This document shows positions 1-14,400 of a stretch of 64,000 bases of DNA, one piece after another. The stretch is from the human T2T-CHM13v2.0 reference genome, Homo sapiens. The position numbers were made by a program, and so were the translations under genes. The number at the start of each line of letters is the position of its first letter. Within the stretch, counting starts at the first letter, position 1. The stretch lies in NCBI RefSeq assembly GCF_009914755.1, contig NC_060933.1; one strand, given 5' to 3'. The notes beneath the pieces were generated by a model that was not told the DNA's origin, did not search any database, and worked only from the letters and a program-made list of their open reading frames with translations.

Positions 1-2374
1 TGCATTCCATTCCATTCCATTCCCCTGTACTCGGGTTGATTCCATTCCATTCCATTCCAATCCATGCCATTCCACTCTTGTTGATTCCATTCTTTCCATT
101 CCATTCAAGTTGAATCCATTCCATTGCATTCCATTCCATTCCATTCCCCTGCAGTCGGGTTGATTCCATTCCATTCCATTCCATTCCATTCCATTCCATT
201 CCGTTCCGTTCCTTTCCGTTCCATTCCATTCCATTCTATTCGGGTTAATTCCATTCCATTCCATTCCATTCCATTCCATTCCATTCCAATCGAGTTGATT
301 CCATTCCATTCCATTCCATTCCATTCCACTCCATTCCAGTCCTTTCCATTCCATTCCACTCGGGTTGATTCCAATGTATTCCTTTCCATTCCATTGCATT
401 CCATTGCAATCGAGTTGATTCCATTGCTTTGCATTCTATTCCATTCCATTCCATTCCGGATCATTCCATTCCATTGCATTCCATTCCATTCCATTCCCCT
501 GCACTCGGGTTGATTCCATTCCATTCCACTCCATTCCGTTCCATTCCATTCCATTCCATTGTATTCGGGTTAATTCCATTCCATTCCATTCCATTCCTTT
601 CCAGTCCTTTCCATTCCATTCCACTCTGGTTGATTCCATTCTATTAGTTTCCATTCCATTCCATTCCCTTCCATTCCACTCTGGTTGATTAAATTCCTTT
701 CCATTCCACTCGAATACATTCCCTCCTATTCCACTCGGAACGATTCCATTCCAATCCATTCCATTCCATTCCATTCCATTCCATTCCATTCCATTTCGTT
801 CCATTCCATTCTATTCCGTATCCTTCCATTCCATTCCGTTCCATTCCATTCCATTCCATTCCACTCGTGTTGATTCCATTCCTTTCCATTCCATTCCGTT
901 TGAAGGCATTCCATTCCATTCCATTCCATTCCATTGCATTCCATTCCATTCCATTCCATTGTACTCGGGTTGATTCCATTCCATTGCATTCCGTTCCATT
1001 CCATTCCATTCCATTCCATTCCGTTGCATTCCATTCCATTACATTCGGATTGATTCTTTTCAACTCCCTTACTCTCCATTACATTCCATTCCATTCGGGT
1101 TGTTCCATTCCATTCCATTCAATTCCACTCCATTCCATTGCACTCGGGTTGATTCCATTCCATTCCATTCCATTCCATTCCGGATGATTCCATTCCATTG
1201 CATTCCGTTCCATTACATTCCCCTGCACTCGCGTTGATTCCATTCCATTCTATTCAATTCCATTCCATTACAATTCGTTCCATTCCATTCTATTTCGTAC
1301 CATTCCTTTCCATTCCATACGATTCCATTCCATTCCATTCCATTCCATTCCGTTCCATTCCGTTCCATTGCATTCCATTCCATTCTATTCGGGTTAATTC
1401 CATTCCATTCAATTCCATTCCATTCCATTCCATTACAAACGAGTTGATTCCATTCCACTCCATTCCATTCCAGTCCTTTCCATTCCATTCCACTTGGGTT
1501 GATTCCATTCTATTAGTTTCCATTCCATTCCATTCCCTTCCATTGTATTCGCGTTAATTCCATTCCATTCCATTCCATTCCATTCCATTCCATTCCATTA
1601 CAAACAAGTTGATTCCATTCCATTCCATTCCATTCCAGTCCTTTCCATTCCATTCCACTCGGGTTGATTCCATTCTATTAGTTTCCATTCCATTCCATTC
1701 CCTTCCATTCCACTCTGGTTGATTCCATTTCTTTCCATTCCACTCGAATACATTCCCTCCTATTCCACTCGGAACGATTCCATTCCGTTCCATTCCATTC
1801 CATTCCATTCCATTCCATTGTACTCGGGTTGATTCCATTCCATTGCATTCCATTCGATTCCATTCCATTCCATTCCGTTGCATTCCATTCCATTACGTTC
1901 GGATTGATTCTATTCAACTCCCTTACTCTCCATTACATTCCATTCCATTCGGGTTGTTCCATTCCATTCCATTCCATTCCATTCCACTCCATTCCATTGC
2001 ACTCGGGTTGATTCCATTCCATTCCATTGCATTCCATTCCATTCTGGATGATTCCATTCCATTGCATTCCATTCCATTACATTCCCCTGCACTCACGTTG
2101 ATTCCATTCCATTCCATTCCATTCAATTCCATTCCATTACAATTCGTTCCATTCCATTCTATTCCGTACCATTCCATTCCATTCCATACCATTCCATTCC
2201 ATTCCATTCTATTCCGTTCCATTCCATTCCTTTCCGTTCCATTCCGTTCCATTCCATTCCATTCCATTCTATTCGATTAATTCCATTCCATTCCATTCCA
2301 TTCCATTCTATTCCATTCCATTGCAATCGAGTTGAATCCATTGCATTTCATTCCATTCCATTCCATTCCATTCC

Positions 2375-2389
2375 ATTCCGGAAGTTTCC
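2375..2389. promoter_or_regulatory. Perfect 3-unit heat-shock element motif (aTTCc gGAAg tTTCc), also containing the ETS core CCGGAAGT; first of ~43 such sites
   Basis: ATTCCGGAAGTTTCC matches nTTCnnGAAnnTTCn exactly. This is a motif match only, with no evidence of occupancy. Confidence 0.45.
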
Positions 2390-2399
2390 ATTCCATTGC

Positions 2400-5300
2400 A
2401 TTCCATTCCATTCCATTCCATTCAATTCCATTCCGTTCCATTCCATTCCATTACATTCGGATTGATTCTATTCAACTCCCTTAGTCTCCAATACATTCCA
2501 TTCCATTCGTGCTGTTCCATTCCATTCCATTCCATTCCACTCCATTCCATTGCACTCGGGTTTATTCCATACCATTCAATTCCATTCCATTCAATTCCAT
2601 TCCATTCTGGAAGATTCCATTCCATTGCATTCCATTCCATTCCATTCCCCTGCACTCGCGTTGATTCCATTCCATTCCATTCCATTCCATTCCATTCCGT
2701 TCCGTTCCATTCCATTCCATTCCATTCCATTCCATTCCGTTACGTTCCATTCCATTCCATTCCATTCTATTCGGGTTAATTCCATTCCATTCCATTCGAC
2801 TGCAATCTAGTTGATTGCATTCCATTCCATTCCATTCCATTCCATTCCATTCCATTCCATTCCATTCCTTTCCATTCCATTACGGATGATTCCATTCCAT
2901 TGCATTCCATTCCATTCCATTCCCCTGTACTCGGGTTGATTCCATTCCATTCCATTCCAATCCATGCCATTCCACTCGTGTTGATTCCATTCTTTCCATT
3001 CCATTCAAGTTGAATCCATTCCATTGCATTCCATTCCATTCCATTCCCCTGCAGTCGGGTTGATTCCATTCCATTCCATTCCATTCCATTCCATTCCATT
3101 CCATTCCATTCCATTCCAATCAAGTTGATTCCATTCCATTCCATTCCATTGCATTCCATTCCATTCCACTCCATTCCAGTCCTTTCCATTCCATTCCACT
3201 CGGGTTGATTCCAATGTATTCCTTTCCATTCCATTCCATTCCATTGCAATCGAGTTGATTCCATTGCTTTGTATTCCATTCCATTCGATTCCATTCCGGA
3301 TGATTCCATTCCATTGCATTCCATTCCATTCCATTCCCCTGCCCTTGGGTTGATTCCATTCCATTCCACTCCATTCCATTCCATTCCATTCCATTCCATT
3401 GTATTCGAGTTAATTCCATTCCATTCCATTCCATTCCATTCCATTCCATTCCATTCCACTCCATTACAATCGAGTTGATTCCATTCCATTCCATTCCATT
3501 CCAGTCCTTTCCATTCCATTCCACTCGGGTTGATTCCATTCTATTAGTTTCCATTCCATTCCATTCCCTTCCATTGTATTCGGGTTAATTCCATTCCATT
3601 CCATTCCATTCCATTCCATTCCATTACAAACGAGTTGATTCCATTCCATTCCATTCCATTCCAGTCCTTTCCATTCCATTCCACTCGGGTTGATTCCATT
3701 CTATTAGTTTCCATTCCATTCCATTCCCTTCCATTCCATTCTGGTTGATTCCATTCCTTTCCATTCCACTCGAATACATTCCCTCCTATTCCACTCGGAA
3801 CGATTCCTTTCCATTCCATTCCATTCCTTTCCATTCAATTCCATTTCGTTCCATTCCATTCTATTCCGTATCATTCCATTCCATTCCATTCCATTCCATT
3901 CCATTCCACTCCATTGTACTCGGGTTGATTCCATTCCATTGCATTCCATTCCATTCCATTCCGTTGCATTCCATTCCATTACATTCGGATTGATTCTATT
4001 CAACTCCCTTACTCTCCATTACATTCCATTCCATTCGGGTTGTTCCATTCCATTCCATTCCATTCCACTCCATTCCATTGCACTCGTGTTGATTCCATTC
4101 CATTCCATTCCATTCCGGATGATTCCATTCCATTTCATTGCGTTCCATTACATTCCCCTGCACTCGCGTTGATTCCATTCCATTCCATTCCATTCCATTC
4201 AATTCCATTCCATTACAATTCGTTCCATTCCATTCTATTCCGTACCATTCCATTCCATTCCATACCATTCCATTCCATTCCATCCCATTCCATTCCGTTC
4301 CATTCCGTTCCATTCCATTCCATTCCATTCTATTCGGATTAATTCCATTCCATTCCATTTCATTCCATTCTATTCCATTCCATTGCAATCGAGTTGAATC
4401 CATTGCATTTCATTCCATTCCATTCCATTCCATTCCATTCCGGAAGTTTCCATTCCATTGCATTCCATTCCATTCCATTCCCCTGCACTCGCGTGGATTC
4501 CATTCCATTCCATTCCATTCCATTCCGTTCCGTTCCATTCCATTCCATTCCATTCCGTTCCGTTCCATTCCATTCCATTCCATTCTATTCGGGTTAATTC
4601 CATTCCATTCCATTCGATTGCAATCGAGTTGATTCCATTCCATTCCATTCCATTCCATTCTATTCCATTACATTCCATTCCATTCCTTTCCATTCCATTA
4701 CGGATGATTCCATTCCATTGCATTCCATTCCATTCCATTCCCCTGTACTCGGGTTGATTCCATTCCATTCCATTCCAATCCATGCCATTCCACTCGTGTT
4801 GATTCCATTCTTTCCATTCCATTCAAGTTGAATCCATTCCATTGCATTCCATTCCATTCGATTCCATTCGATTGCACTCGGGTTGAATCCATTCCATTGC
4901 ATTCCATTCCATTCCATTCCATTCCATTCCATTACATTCCATTCCATTACATTCGGATTGATTCTATTCAATTCCCTTACACCCCATTACATTCCATTCC
5001 ATTCGGGTAGTTTCCATTCCATTCCATTCCATTCCTCTCCATTCCATTGCACTCGGGTTGATTCCATTCCATTGCATTCCATTCCATTCCATTCCATTCC
5101 ATTGCGTTCCATTCCATTCCATTACATTCGGATTGATTCTATTCAACTCCCTTACTCTCCATTACATTCCATTCCATTCGGGTTGTTCCATTCCATTCCA
5201 TTCCATTCCACTCCATTCCATTGCACTCGGGTTGATTCCATTCCATTCCATTCCATTGCATTCCATTCCATTCCATTCCCCTGCACTCTCGTTGATTCCA

Positions 5301-5640
5301 TTCCATTCCATTCTATTCCATTCCATTCCCTTCCTTTCCGTTCCATTCCATTCCATTCCATTCCATTCCGTTCCGTTCCATTCCATTCCATTCCATTCTA
5401 TTCGGGATAATTCCATTCCATTCCATTCGATTGCAATCGAGTTGATTCCATTCCATTCCATTCCATTCCATTCCATTCCATTCCATTCCTTTCCATTCCA
5501 TTACGGATGATTCCATTCCATTGCATTCCATTCCATTCCATTCCCCTGTACTCGGGTTGATTCCATTCCATTCCATTCCAATCCATGTCATTCCACTCGT
5601 GTTGATTCCATTCTTTCCATTCCATTCAAGTTGAATCCAT
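2400..5640 (+). repeat. Copy 1 of a ~3.2 kb internal duplication (copy 2 at ~8140-11400)
   Basis: Private variants are shared at a 5733-5749 bp offset: GGGTTTATTCCATACC (~2558/8292), CCATCCCATT (~4280/10029), CGCGTGGATT (~4490/10239), ATTGCGTTCC (5101/10850), CACTCTCGTTG (~5284/11033). ORF pairs such as 4360/10109 and 4883/10632 show the same offset. Confidence 0.85.
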
Positions 5641-8139
5641 TCCATTGTATTCCATTCCATTCGATTCCATTCGATTGCACTCGGGTTGATTCCATTCCAT
5701 TGCATTCCATTCCATTCCATTCCATTCCATTCCATTCCATTCCATTCCATTCCGTTCCATTCCATTCCATTACATTCCGATAGATTCTATTCAATTCCCT
5801 TACACTCCATTACATTCCATTCCATTCGGGTAGTTTCCATTCCATTACATTCCATTCCTCTCCATTTCATTGAACTCGGGTTGATTCCATTCCATTGCAT
5901 TCCATTCCATTCCATTCCATTCCATTCCGTTGCTTTCCATTCCATTACATTCGGATTGATTCTATTCAACTCCCTTACTCTCCATTACATTCCATTCCAT
6001 TCGGGTTGTTCCATTCCATTCCATTCCATTCCACTCCATTCCATTGCACTCAGGTTGATTCCATTCCATTCCATTCCATTCCATACCATTCCATTCCATT
6101 CCATTCCATTCCATTCCATTCCGTTCCATTCCGTTCCATTCCATTCCATTCAATTCTATTCGGATTAATTGCATTCCATTCCATTTCATTCCATTCTATT
6201 CCATTCCATTGCAATCGATTTGAATCCATTGCATATCATTCCATTCCATTCCATTCCATTCCATTCCGGAAGTTTCCATTCCATTGCATTCCATTCCATT
6301 CCATTCCCCTGCACTCGCGTTGATTCCATTCCATTCCATTCCATTCCGTTCCGTTCCATGCCATTCCATTCCATTCCGTTCCGTTCCATTCCATTCCATT
6401 CCATTCTATTCGGGTTAATTCCATTCCATTCCATTCGATTGCAATCGAGTTGATTCCATTCCATTCCATTCCATTCCATTCCATTCCATTCCATTCCATT
6501 CCTTTCCATTCCATTACGGATGATTCCATTCCATTGCATTCCATTCCATTCCATTCCCCTGTACTCGGGTTGATTCCATTCCATTCCATTCCATTCCAAT
6601 CCATGCCATTCCACTCGTGTTGATTCCATTCTTTCCATTCCATTCAAGTTGATTCCATTCCATTGCATTCCATTCCATTCGATTCCATTCGATTGCACTC
6701 GGGTTGATTCCATTCCATTCCATTCCATTCCATTCCATTCCATTCCGTTCCGTTCCATTCCATTCCATTCTATTCCGTTCCGTTCCCTTCCATTCCATTC
6801 CATTCCATTCTATTCGGGTTAATTCCATTCCATTCCATTCGATTGCAATCGAGTTGATTCCATTCCATTCCATTCCATTCCATTCCATTCCATTCCATTC
6901 CATTCCTTTCCATTCCATTACGGATGATTCCATTCCATTGCATTCCATTCCATTCCATTCCCCTGTACTCGGGTTGATTCCATTCCATTCCATTCCAATC
7001 CATGCCATTCCACTCGTGTTGATTCCATTCTCTCCATTCCATTCAAGTTGATTCCATTCCATTGCATTCCATTCCATTCGATTCCATTCGATTGCACTCG
7101 GGTTGATTCCATTCCATTGCATTCCATTCCATTCCATTCCATTCCATTCCATTCCATTCCGTTCCATTCCATTCCATTACATTCGGATTGATTCTATTCA
7201 ATTCCCTTACACTCCATTACATTCCATTCCATTCGGGTAGTTTCCATTCCATTCCATTCCATTCCTCTCCATTCCATTGCACTCGGGTTGACTCCATTCC
7301 ATTGTATTCCATTCCATTCCATTCAATTCCATTCCGTTCCATTCCATTCCATTACATTCGGATTGATTCTATTCAACTCCCTTACTCTCCATTACATTCC
7401 ATTCCATTCGGGTTGTTCCATTCCATTCCATTCCACTCCATTCCATTGCACTCGGGTTGATTCCATTCCATTCCATTCCATTCCATTCCATTCCGGAAGA
7501 TTCCATTCCATTGCATTCCATTCCATTCCATTCCCCTGCACTCGCATTGATTCCATTCCATTCCATTCTATTCCATTCCATTCCCTTCCTTTCCGTTCCA
7601 TTCCATTCCATTCCATTCCATTCCGTTCCGTTCCATTCCATTCCATTCCATTCTAATCGGGTTAATTCCATTCCATTCCATTCGATTGCAATCGAGTTGA
7701 TTCCATTCCATTCCATTCCATTCCATTCCATTCCATTCCTTTCCATTCCATTACGGATGATTCCATTCCATTGCATTCCATTCCATTCCATTCCCCTGTA
7801 CTCGGGTTGATTCCATTCCATTCCATTCCAATCCATGTCATTCCACTCGTGTTGATTCCATTCTTTCCATTCCATTCAAGTTGAATCCATTCCATTGTAT
7901 TCCATTCCATTCGATTCCATTCGATTGCACTCGGGTTGATTCCATTCCATTGCATTCCATTCCATTCCATTCCATTCCATTCCATTCCTTTCCGTTCCAT
8001 TCCATTCCATTACATTCGGATTGATTCTATTCAATTCCCTTACACTCCATTACATTCCATTCCATTCGGGTAGTTTCCATTCCATTCCATTCCATTCCTC
8101 TCCATTCCATTGAACTCGGGTTGATTCCATTCCATTGCA

Positions 8140-11100
8140 TTCCATTCCATTCCATTCCATTCCATTCCGTTCCATTCCATTCCATTACATTCGGATTGAT
8201 TCTATTCAACTCCCTTACTCTCCATTACATTCCATTCCATTCGGGTTGTTCCATTCCATTCCATTCCATTCCACTCCATTCCATTGCACTCGGGTTTATT
8301 CCATACCATTCCATTCCATTCCATTCAATTCCATTCCATTCCGGAAGATTCCATTCCATTGCATTCCATTCCATTCCATTCCTCTGCACTCGCGTTGATT
8401 CCATTCCATTCCATTCCATTCCATTCCATTCCATTCCGTTCCGTTCCATTCCATTCCATTCCATTCCATTCCATTCCATTCCATTCCGTTCCGTTCCGTT
8501 CCATTCCATTCCATTCAATTCTATTCGGGTTAATTCCATTCCATTCCATTCGATTGCAATCGAGTTGATTCCATTCCATTCCATTCCATTCCATTCCATT
8601 CCTTTCCATTCCATTCCATTCCTTTCCATTCCATTACGGATGATTCCATTCCATTGCATTCCATTCCATTCCATTCCCCTGTACTCGGGTTGATTCCATT
8701 CCATTCCATTCCAATCCATGCCATTCCACTCGTGTTGATTCCATTCTTTCCATTCCATTCAAGTTGAATCCATTCCATTGCATTCCGTTCCATTCCATTC
8801 CCCTGCAGTCGGGTTGATTCCCTTCCATTCCATTCCATTCCATTCCATTCCATTCCAATCAAGTTGATTCCATTCCATTCCATTCCATTGCATTGTATTC
8901 CATTCCACTCCATTCCAGTCCTTTCCATTCCATTCCACCCGGGTTGATTCCAATGTATTCCTTTCCATTCCATTCCATTCCATTGCAATCGAGTTGATTC
9001 CATTGCTTTGCATTCCATTCCATTCGATTCCATTCCGGATGATTCCATTCCATTGCATTCCATTCCATTCCATTCCCCTGCACTCGGGTTGATTCCATTC
9101 CATTCCACTCCATTCCATTCCATTCCATTCCATTCCATTGTATTCGGGTTAATTCCATTCCATTCCATTCCATTCCATTCCATTCCATTCCATTACAATC
9201 GAGTTGATTCCATTCCATTCCATTCCAGTCCAGTCCTTTCCATTCCATTCCACTCGGGTTGATTCCATTCTATTAGTTTCCATTCCATTCCATTCCCTTC
9301 CATTGTATTCGCGTTAATTCCATTCCATTCCATTCCATTCCATTCCATTCCATTCCATTCCATTACAAACGAGTTGATTCCATTCCATTCCATTCCATTC
9401 CAGTCCTTTCCATTCCATTCCACTCGGGTTGATTCCATTCTATTAGTTTCCATTCCATTCCATTCCCTTCCATTCCACTCTGGTTGATTCCATTCCTTTC
9501 CATTCCACTCGAATACATTCCCTCCTATTCCACTCGGAACGATTCCATTCCATTCCATTCCATTCCTTTCCATTCAATTCCATTTCGTTCCATTCCATTC
9601 TATTCCGTATCATTCCATTCCATTCCATTCCATTCCATTCCATTCCACTCCATTGTACTCGGGTTGATTCCATTCCATTGCATTCCATTCCATTCCATTC
9701 CGTTGCATTCCATTCCATTACATTCGGATTGATTCTATTCAACTCCCTTACTCTCCATTACATTCCATTCCATTCGGGTTGTTCCATTCCATTCCATTCC
9801 ATTCCACTCCATTCCATTGCACTCGTGTTGATTCCATTCCATTCCATTCCATTCCATTCCATTCCGGATGATTCCATTCCATTTCATTCCGTTCCATTAC
9901 ATTCCCCTGCACTCGCGTTGATTCCATTCCATTCCATTCCATTCCATTCAATTCCATTCCATTACAATTCGTTCCATTCCATTCTATTCCGTACCATTCC
10001 ATTCCATTCCATACCATTCCATTCCATTCCATCCCATTCCATTCCGTTCCATTCCGTTCCATTCCATTCCATTCCATTCTATTCGGATTAATTCCATTCC
10101 ATTCCATTTCATTCCATTCTATTCCATTCCATTGCAATCGAGTTGAATCCATTGCATTTCATTCCATTCCATTCCATTCCATTCCATTCCGGAAGTTTCC
10201 ATTCCATTGCATTCCATTCCATTCCATTCCCCTGCACTCGCGTGGATTCCATTCCATTCCATTCCATTCCATTCCGTTCCGTTCCATTCCATTCCATTCC
10301 ATTCCGTTCCGTTCCATTCCATTCCATTCCATTCTATTCGGGTTAATTCCATTCCATTCCATTCGATTGCAATCGAGTTGATTCCATTCCATTCCATTCC
10401 ATTCCATTCTATTCCATTCCATTCCATTCCATTCCTTTCCATTCCATTACGGATGATTCCATTCCATTGCATTCCATTCCATTCCATTCCCCTGTACTCG
10501 GGTTGATTCCATTCCATTCCATTCCAATCCATGCCATTCCACTCGTGTTGATTCCATTCTTTCCATTCCATTCAAGTTGATTCCATTCCATTGCATTCCA
10601 TTCCATTCAATTCCATTCGATTGCACTCGGGTTGATTCCATTCCATTGCATTCCATTCCATTCCATTCCATTCCATTCCATTACATTCCATTCCATTACA
10701 TTCGGATTGATTCTATTCAATTCCCTTACACTCCATTACATTCCATTCCATTCGGGTAGTTTCCATTCCATTCCATTCCATTCCTCTCCATTCCATTGCA
10801 CTCGGGTTGATTCCATTCCATTGCATTCCATTCCATTCCATTCCATTCCATTGCGTTCCATTCCATTCCATTACATTCGGATTGATTCTATTCAACTCCC
10901 TTACTCTCCATTACATTCCATTCCATTCGGGTTGTTCCATTCCATTCCATTCCATTCCACTCCATTCCATTGCACTCGGGTTGATTCCATTCCATTCCAT
11001 TCCATTGCATTCCATTCCATTCCATTCCCCTGCACTCTCGTTGATTCCATTCCATTCCATTCTATTCCATTCCATTCCCTTCCTTTCCGTTCCATTCTAT

Positions 11101-11400
11101 TCCATTCCATTCCATTCCGTTCCGTTCCATTCCATTCCATTCCATTCTATTCGGGTTAATTCCATTCCATTCCATTCGATTGCAATCGAGTTGATTCCAT
11201 TCCATTCCATTCCATTCCATTCCATTCCATTCCTTTCCATTCCATTCCATTCCTTTCCATTCCATTACGGATGATTCCATTCCATTGCATTCCATTCCAT
11301 TCCATTCCCCTGTACTCGGGTTGATTCCATTCCATTCCATTCCAATCCATGCCATTCCACTCGTGTTGATTCCATTCTTTCCATTCCATTCAAGTTGAAT
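8140..11400 (+). repeat. Copy 2 of the ~3.2 kb internal duplication
   Basis: Collinear with 2400-5640. The two copies take different paths after the TTCAAGTTGAATCC word (CGATTCCATTCGATTGCAC vs CCCCGGCAGTC). Confidence 0.85.
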
Positions 11401-14400
11401 CCATTCCATTGCATTCCATTCCATTCCATTCCCCGGCAGTCGGGTTGATTCCATTCCATTGCATTCCATTCCATTCCATTCCATTCCATTCCATTCCATT
11501 CCAATCAAGTTGATTCCATTCCATTCCATTCCATTGCATTCCATTCCATTCCACTCCATTCCAGTCCTTTCCATTCCATTCTACTCGGGTTGATTCCAAT
11601 GTATTCCTTTCCATTCCATTCCATTCCATTGCAATCGAGTTGATTCCAATGCTTTGCATTCCATTCCATTCGATTCCATTCCGGATGATTCCATTCCATT
11701 GCATTCCATTCCATTCCATTCCCCTGCAGTCGGGTTGATTCCATTCCATTCCACTCCATTCCATTCCATTCCATTCCATTCCATTGTATTCGGGTTAATT
11801 CCATTCCATTCCATTCCATTCCATTCCATTCCATTACAATCGAGATGATTCCATTCCATTCCATTCCATTCCAGTCCTTTCCATTCCATTCCACTCGGGT
11901 TGATTCCATTCTATTAGTTTCCATTCCATTCCATTCCCTTCCATTGTATTCGGTTTAATTCCATTCCATTCCATTCCATTCCATTCCATTCCATTCCATT
12001 CCATTACAAACGAGTTGATTCCATTCCATTCCATTCCATTCCAGTCCTTTCCATTCCATTCCACTCGGGTTGATTCCATTCTATTAGTTTCCATTCCATT
12101 CCATTCCCTTCCATTCCACTCTGGTTGATTCCATTCCTTTCCATTCCACTCGAATACATTCCCTCCTATTCCACTCGGAACCATTCCATTCCATTCCATT
12201 CCATTCAATTCCATTCCATTACAATTCGTTCCATTCCATTCTATTCCGTACCATTCCATTCCATTCCATACCATTCCATTCCATTCCATCCCATTCCATT
12301 CCGTTCCATTCCGTTCCATTCCATTCCATTCTATTCGGATTAATTGCATTCCATTCCATTTCATTCCATTCTGTTCCATTCCATTGCAATCGAGTTGAAT
12401 CCATTGCATTTCATTCCATTCCATTCCATTCCATTCCATTCCGGAAGTTTCCATTCCATTGCATTCCATTCCATTCCATTCCCCTGCACTCGCGTTGATT
12501 CCATTCCATTCCATTCCAATCCATGCCCTTCCACTCGTGTTGATTCCATTCTTTCCTTTCCATTCAAGTTGAATCCATTCCATTGCATTCCATTCCATGC
12601 GATTCCATTCGATTGCACTCGGGTTGATTCCATTCCATTGCATTCCATTCCATTCCATTACATTCCATTCCGTTCCATTCCATTTCATTACATTCAGATT
12701 GATTCTATTCAATTCCCTTACACTCCATTATATTCCTATCCATTCTGGTTGTTTCCATTCCATTCCATTCCATTTCACTCCATTCCATTGCACTCGGGTT
12801 GATTCCATTCCATTCCATTCCACTGCATTCCATTCCTTTCCATTCCGGATGATTCCATTCCATTGCATTCCATTCCATTCCATTCCGCTGCACTCGGGTT
12901 GATTCCATTCCATTCCATTCCATTACATTCCGTTCCATTCCATTCCATTCCATTCGGATTGTTTCTATTCAATTCCCTTACACTCCATTACATTCCATTC
13001 CATTCGGGTAGTTTCCATTCCATTCCATTCCATTCCTCTCCATTCCATTGCACTCGGGTTGATTCCATTCCATTCCATTCCATTCCATTCCATTCCATTC
13101 CATTCCATTACATTACATTACATTCCGTTCCATTGTACTCGGTTTGATTCCATTCCATTGCATTCCATTCCATTCCATTCCATTCCATTCCGTTCCATTC
13201 CATTACATTCGGATTGATTCTATTCAACTCCCTTACTCTCCATTACATTCCATTCCATTCGGGTTGTTCCATTCCATTCCATTCCATTCCACTCCATTCC
13301 ATTGCACTCGGGTTGATTGCATTCCATTCCATTCCATTCCATTCCATTCCATTCCATTCCGGATGATTCCATTCCATTGCATTCCGTTCCATTACATTTC
13401 CCTGCACTCGGGTTGATTCCATTCCATTCCATTCCATTCCATTCCATTCCGTTCCGTTCCGTTCCATTCCATTCCATTCAATTCTATTCGGGTTAATTCC
13501 ATTCCATTCCATTCGATTGCAATCGAGTTGATTCCATTCCATTCCATTCCATTCCATTCCATTCCTTTCCATTCCATTCCATTCCTTTCCATTCCATTAC
13601 GGATGATTCCATTCCATTGCATTCCATTCCATTCCATTCCCCTGTACTCGGGTTGATTCCATTCCATTCCATTCCAATCCATGCCATTCCACTCGTGTTG
13701 ATTCCATTCTTTCCATTCCATTCAAGTTGAATCCATTCCATTGCATTCCGTTCCATTCCATTCCCCTGCAGTCGGGTTGATTCCATTCCATTCCATTCCA
13801 TTCCATTCCATTCCATTCCAATCAAGTTGATTCCATTCCATTCCATTCCATTGCATTGCATTCCATTCCACTCCATTCCAGTCCTTTCCATTCCATTCCA
13901 CTCGGGTTGATTCCAATGTATTCCTTTACATTCCATTCCATTCCATTTCAATCGAGTTGATTCCATTGCTTTGCATTCCATTCCATTCGATTCCATTCCG
14001 GATGATTCCATTCCATTGCATTCCATTCCATTCCATTCCCCTGCACTCGGGTTGATTCCATTCCATTCCACTCCATTCCATTCCATTCCATTCCATTCCA
14101 TTTTATTCGGGTTAATTCCATTCCATTCTATTGCATTCCATTCCATTCCATTACAATCGAGTTGATTCCATTCCATTCCATTCCATTCCAGTCCTTTCCA
14201 TTCCATTCCACTCGGGTTGATTCCATTCTATTAGTTTCCATTCCATTCCATTCCCTTCCATTGTATTCGGTTTAATTCCATTCCATTCCATTCCATTCCA
14301 TTCCATTCCATTACAAACGAGTTGATTCCATTCCATTCCATTCCATTCCAGTCCTTTCCATTCCATTCCACTCGGGTTGATTCCATTCTATTTGTTTCCA

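Noticed and set aside
111-118. Other GAA-containing words (GTTGAATCC, CTCGAATAC, CTCGGAACG, TTTGAAGGC) as heat-shock elements
   Set aside because: Their GAA is out of register with the flanking TTC units, so they do not form nTTCnnGAAnnTTCn.
708-747. ACTCGAATACATTCCCTCCTATTCCACTCGGAACG and TTCAACTCCCTTACTCTCC words as possible foreign inserts or small RNA genes
   Set aside because: They keep the pentamer register, can be derived from ATTCC by substitutions and recur in many cycles. I see no tRNA fold, target-site duplication or terminal repeats.
1046-1062. GGATTGATTC / TGATTCAATT words as DUX4 sites
   Set aside because: They do not match the full TGATTRRRTTA double-homeodomain consensus, and the known DUX4 satellite target is HSATII.
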